64,000 nt of DNA, from assembly GCA_024233545.1 (NCBI GenBank), contig JACKPL010000004.1, positions 153,391 to 217,390 on the forward strand, written 5' to 3'. The notes beneath the pieces are model-generated. The model was not told where the DNA came from and ran no database searches. It worked only from the letters and a program-made list of their open reading frames with translations. The position numbers and the translations under genes are program-made. Source of the stretch: a bacterium. Lineage in GTDB: Bacteria > Auribacterota > Auribacteria > Auribacterales > Auribacteraceae. Below are positions 56,101 through 62,100 of this stretch, piece by piece (position 1 is the first letter of the stretch; every line of letters begins with the position of its first letter).

Positions 56101-59100
56101 CTATACCGCCACCCGGCGTACCGAGCCCAAGGAACGCTAGGTTATTTTCAGCTTCGATAGACATTGCCGACACACCGCCGTCTCCATCGATACGCGGATC
56201 ATACATATGTTCGCCGAAACGGTATTCACGGCCTATCACATTGTTGCTGTTTACATCTTGCGCATCCATTAAGACAAGTCCGCTTAAGCCGTTGGCAATA
56301 AGCACTAACCGCTGAGCTTCCCGATAAATATCGTATTGGATGCCGGTAATATCACCCGAAGATACATTGATGCTGTTTACTTCCACCCAACTCGCTTGTG
56401 TACGATAATAGACTCGCGGGCCGTCATGAAGCGTTATGATTTCTTGATAATTGATGATGGTTACTCCATCATTATCATATTTTTTACCACTGACAACAAC
56501 ATCGCCGCCGTCGGTTATCAGATTTACAAAAATTGACATATACGTATTGGGCAATGTGAACGTAGTATTGTAATCGGTCGTCACGCCTTTGGCAATCGGC
56601 GTCTCTTCGAGTAATTTCACATCGCGCGCATCACGGTTTCCTTCCAACAGATTATAGGCAAGAAGCGGTTCCGTTGTAAATTTTTTGCTAAATGAACCGA
56701 AAGGAGTTGAAAAGTTTATATCTTCATGGAAAATGCGCATGGTAGTTACACCGGATCCATCAGCCGCCGCGCCACCGTAGTATGTCTGCAACAATCCCAT
56801 CATCCGTTTATATTCCTGAATTGTAGGACCAGTCAACGCACCACCGCCGACTAACGGTTCTTTCGGATCGCTGACGTCGTACAAAATAACACGGAACGAA
56901 CCAGCGACTTCTTTCGTCAATTTCGGGAAGAATTTATTACCATCCATTGTGCTTCCGCCGGTACCGATCAATAGTTTGCCTGCATTAAGCGGGTCTTGAA
57001 TGAGCCGGTTTGTACCTGTTGCCGCGGCCTTGACTAATCCTTGGAACGGCAAACCAAACCCAAACATATCGTCAGCAATAAACCGGTCGAATCCCGGTCC
57101 GCCAAATCCCGGATTGGTTATCATTACATCCTGAGGGCCGAATGGTCCCGGAGGAGCATTCGCCGTTATTTTCTTAACTGATATGAGATGTTGGTTAAAT
57201 ACATCCACACCAGCTATGGCAATAATACTTCCCGGACTGACAGTTGTTCCCGGGACAAAACCAGTACCATATACCCGAATTGCAGTTCCGCCTTGCGGAT
57301 TACCCCAATATGGTATAACAATGTCAAGCGTAGGAGGTATCGCATACAAGAAACCGCCCCGCAATGACGCTTCCATACCGCCCGGTACTACAACGCGAAC
57401 CGTTGCCGGTCCCGGATCAAGAGCGGCTGGAGTTATGGCACGCGCTAATCGTTTATCTTCAATATCAAGGTTAAGAGCAGGAAAATCACCAACATATAAT
57501 ACCATCCCATTTACAAAATTATCTCCGGTAACAACAATAGGAGTCCCGCCTTCAAGAGGGCCGATATGCGGTAAGACTTCTACTACGGCAGGAAATTTTG
57601 CATTTGGTATTGATGCTGTTTTAAATAAAAGTGTCCAATCATTGATTAAAGATTGACCGAATTCATCTTTAAGACCGGTTGTAACTCGAACTTCATATGT
57701 AGCGCTCGGCGCCAAATCCACACCATGAGGAATTCGAAACGCAATAGTATTTCCTACGGCAAGCAGATCGCCGGGAGTGGGCATAAGCTGTTCACCGGTA
57801 CCGAGATTTGTTAATTTAAATGTATCAGTGGAAACAGTATTTACATTCAATTCCTGACTGAAGTTTACACGAACTTCTTCCCATTCTATCGGAACCAATT
57901 CATTATATTCAGGCCAATACGATGAAACGCTAAAGACAGGGTTATTTGCCAAATAGAGATACCCTGTTTTCGTTGTCCGGGCAGTAGCATAAATTTGTCC
58001 AAGTACCTGTTCAACACGATTAGTTGTTCCTTTACCGGGGTCCTGAGTATATCCGAAAAGGTTAACAGTGCCGTCGACATCAAGATTTGCCATATCAATC
58101 AAACCGATGCTATAAGAACCATATGCAGTCGGAGCAAAATCGCCGCGCACAGCAACATCATATGCGGGTTGAGGAGCATGCCATGTCCCTATTACCTGCG
58201 GATTTGTTATATCCGAAAAATCCACAACAGTAACACCTTGGCTTTCACGAGCAAGATATAATTTTCCTTCGTAAATATTTGCTTTTGATGCGGTCATATC
58301 TAATGTGGCTGTAATTGGGAAATCGGGACGGCCGACATTAAAGAAATAAACCTTACCACTCCCCGGTGTGACATGCTGAGTGCTCCAGTCTTGTTCACCA
58401 GTCAGAATAACGCCGACATCACCTTCAATAGCTATACCGAATGCAGTTTCGTCGGTTTCCACCCAATCCACGATAAACGGGTTCTGAAGCGACGCAATAT
58501 CAATGACAATCATACCGTCATCACCGGCGGCCGCAAAAATAAGGTTACCCCTAAGCGCAATTTCGCCGACCGCATTACCAACTTCTGTTTGGGTAGAAAT
58601 AGTAAACGGCATTGATGGAATTTCATAATTCAATATTTCGACTTTACCCATCCGAGAAGGATCAGTATGGAAATAGGTCTCAGCACGTTCTTGAGGACTA
58701 CTTTGATATGACACTATAACCAAATCCCTTTCAGGAATCAGTTGAAGGCCACGCAATGAACCTTGGAATTTTTTGTTGCTGATGACACGCTTCAAGTTAA
58801 AACGTTTATCAGGATCAATCTCAGTAATATCGAGGTTGACAACATCCAATCCACCTGTTGTTGCGACAAATGCCCAGATTTGCTCAATTTTGAAATCGAT
58901 TGGGAAACCGCTTAAAGCAAAACTTGCATTGAGATTTTTAATATACCTAAACCCGTCTTCAAGAATATCAAATGTATTATCCGGATTTACTACTTTAACA
59001 TCAACAAACCCTATCAATCCATCGGGTGTTGTAGCAATAATCTTTTCATATGATATAACACGAACACTCGTTGCAGGCGAACTGCCAAAGAATACCTGAA

Positions 59101-62100
59101 CACGAGGCGACGGGATAAATCCTTTGCCGAATATCGTTACTTTTGTGCCACCCATTGTCGGGCCGCTGTCAGGGTCGCAAGAAAAGACTTTGAGTGAATC
59201 GACGTATGCATATAAACCGAATCGAACATCAAACGCACCGCCCGGATTCACCACTCTGATCGCGGCAGGTCCTTGGAAATTCTGCGGAGTAATTGCAGTC
59301 AGGACGGTCCCTTCATTTGAAATAACTTCATTCGTTGCAGGAATACCGCCAACAAATAAACTTGCCCCAGTTTGGAAATTCGTACCGTAAATTGTTATTG
59401 GCGCTCCGCCTTCGACCGGCCCGCCATCAGGAGTAACATCGAAAATTGTCGGTTTGATCGCTGTAACGCCAGTAGCAGTAGTAAAATGCATTTCATATGG
59501 GCCGACTAATGGAAAATCAGTGAAACCACTGCGTATATCTTCCGTCAATTTAACGATATACGTTGTTCCCGGTTCCAACGGCGCTGTTGGAGTATAACTA
59601 AATTCATACGCTATGACTAAACTGTCATTATTTAATATTTCAGGATGCGTATGGAGCAATTCGGGATAATCAAATTCGTTTACATACGTAATTTCTATTC
59701 CGTTTCCATCATTATCTTCAATCGAAATGGAACCGGGGACAATTTCGTTGCTGATTGCTGACCCTGTTAATTTTGAAATGAAAAACTTCCCATTCAAACT
59801 TGTTCCTGTATCGAGATTCCAAATAATCGGTTCGGATAACCTTGCAGTAACCTTTGTCGATACCGGCACTGCAGTAGCACCCGGTTTTGGGGATATTTCG
59901 ACAAGGTTAGTGATCGGCAATCCGACAATCATGACGCCTTCAGGGACATCCACAACGATGTTCTTATCGGGATGCTTTTTCTCTTCAACAGAGAATATTG
60001 CATAATTATCACCCATTTCTATATCTCTGGGGAACAATCCCGGCAATAAATCCATAGCATCGATGAGTTTCGGTTCTTCAGGATTGGATATATCGATTAC
60101 TTCAAGATAACTGTCAAGCAAGGCCGGCCATCCTGGAGGAGTTCCCGGAGGATTATCAGGATCAAATTTCGCCGCAGTAACGACCGCAAGGTTACCTACT
60201 ACTGCAACACCATTGGCAAAATAATCCGTGGAATAACCCAATAATTGAGAGAGGAATTGGTCAACTGCATTTTCATCATCAACCGTTCCGACACCGCTAA
60301 TATTGGTGCTGTAATTTAAACTCGCCTTTCGCCCGAACAAGTTCGGGTCAAGTTCGCTTATAACTCTCGGCTGGAATGGATTGCGAATATCAATTGCTTC
60401 AATGTCTATTTCAAAACCACCTGCATTCCACGCTATATCTCTATCAATAAACACTGGACAGTTGCCATTGCCCATCAAAGTAGTATTACCGATAACGGGG
60501 AAAGCCGGAGATTCAAGGTCAATCACAAATACTCGCGTCTCTTTGTTTACGGTACCAGTTAAATAAGCTTTAGTACCATGAATCAAGACAGACCGGCAAT
60601 TTAAATTGGTCGAAGAACCATTCACAACAAGCTGTTTTAACGTTCCAACGACAGACGGGTTCAATTTATCGCTGGTATCGACAAAATGCATGCCCGAAGC
60701 CCCTGCCGCAATCAATGCAAGTGAGTTAACCGCATCGACACCTATTGCCGCACCATCAAAAGGAATCCTTCCTGTCGAGGTGCCGGATGGAGCCGCAGGA
60801 TTGAGCGGAATAAACGGCGCGGAAGGTATAGTAACATCAACCACAACCATTTCAGGAGTACCAGTATCGAGATTATTAACCGGAGTCGAATCAGCAATAA
60901 GATACGCGTATTTTTTCATTTCTTGGGAATCACGATCGTATGCTTCGGTAACAGCCACATCGGTAGGCTTCAACCAAACCGGCGTATCAATACCACCCGC
61001 AGGAAATGCATTTTTAGGATCAACAACATTTATTATGCTCAAACTGCCGGCAACACTGCGTAATTGAGTATCAAGATATGTCTGCCCCGGACGAATGATG
61101 CGGCTTGTAACTGCCACATACGCATGGTCTCCATAGATGTCAATGCCTTTTGATATACCGGGAGATATTTCAGTCGGATCAAAATCTATTGACGACGGGA
61201 TAATATATCCGGGAGGATCATCCATGAATTCAATAAGGTCGGAATCATAATTTTCAAGAAATTGCGAGACAACCAAACGAGTATACAAGAACCCTTCCGG
61301 CAAGAGAGACTGTGTGCCGTCCTGATTGATAACCAACACATCTGCCGGCCCGAATTCTCCTTGTGGATAACGACATCGAATGCGGCGTGTGCTCTCTACA
61401 ACTATTTCTGTACACTCACGCCCATCAATTTTTACTATTGCACCGGGAGCAAACCCAAACCCGATCACCTCAATTATACCTCCGCCATTCAGTGACCCAA
61501 CAGCAGGAACAACAAATGATACCTCAACAGGAACGAGATACAGGTATCCGCCCATCAATACATCATATAAGCCACCCGGATTGGTTACGATAATCGCCGC
61601 AGGACCGAAGTTATTTGTCGGCGTCACACAGGTTATTGATTCACCATCGTTAGCGACTTCAACCTGCGTAGCAGGAAAACCGCCGACTGTTATCGATAAT
61701 CCATTAACAAAATTTTCGCCCTCTACGGTAATTTGCTGTCCGCCTTCAATCGGGCCAAATGCCGGCAACACACGGATTATGTGCGGCTGAACGGCTCCGT
61801 TTGCCCTAACAGTCTGAAACCGGCTCTTGAATTGAGCAATAAGGTAATCCAAACCGCTTAAATCTACTAAATCGGTAGAAACTGTAATCTCATATCGTGT
61901 ATTGATGCTTAAATCTTGAAGAGGCTTTACATCAATATGTGGGCCTTCGAAAGCGAACTCCACCGGAATTTTAATTCCTTCAGGATTAAGTTCATTTGCA
62001 TTGGTAATGTTACGCAAAACAATATGCCCTAACGATTCGCCGGTATTCGGATTAACCACAGAATCAGGATTGATTTGATCGTTAAATGTTATGCGTATCG

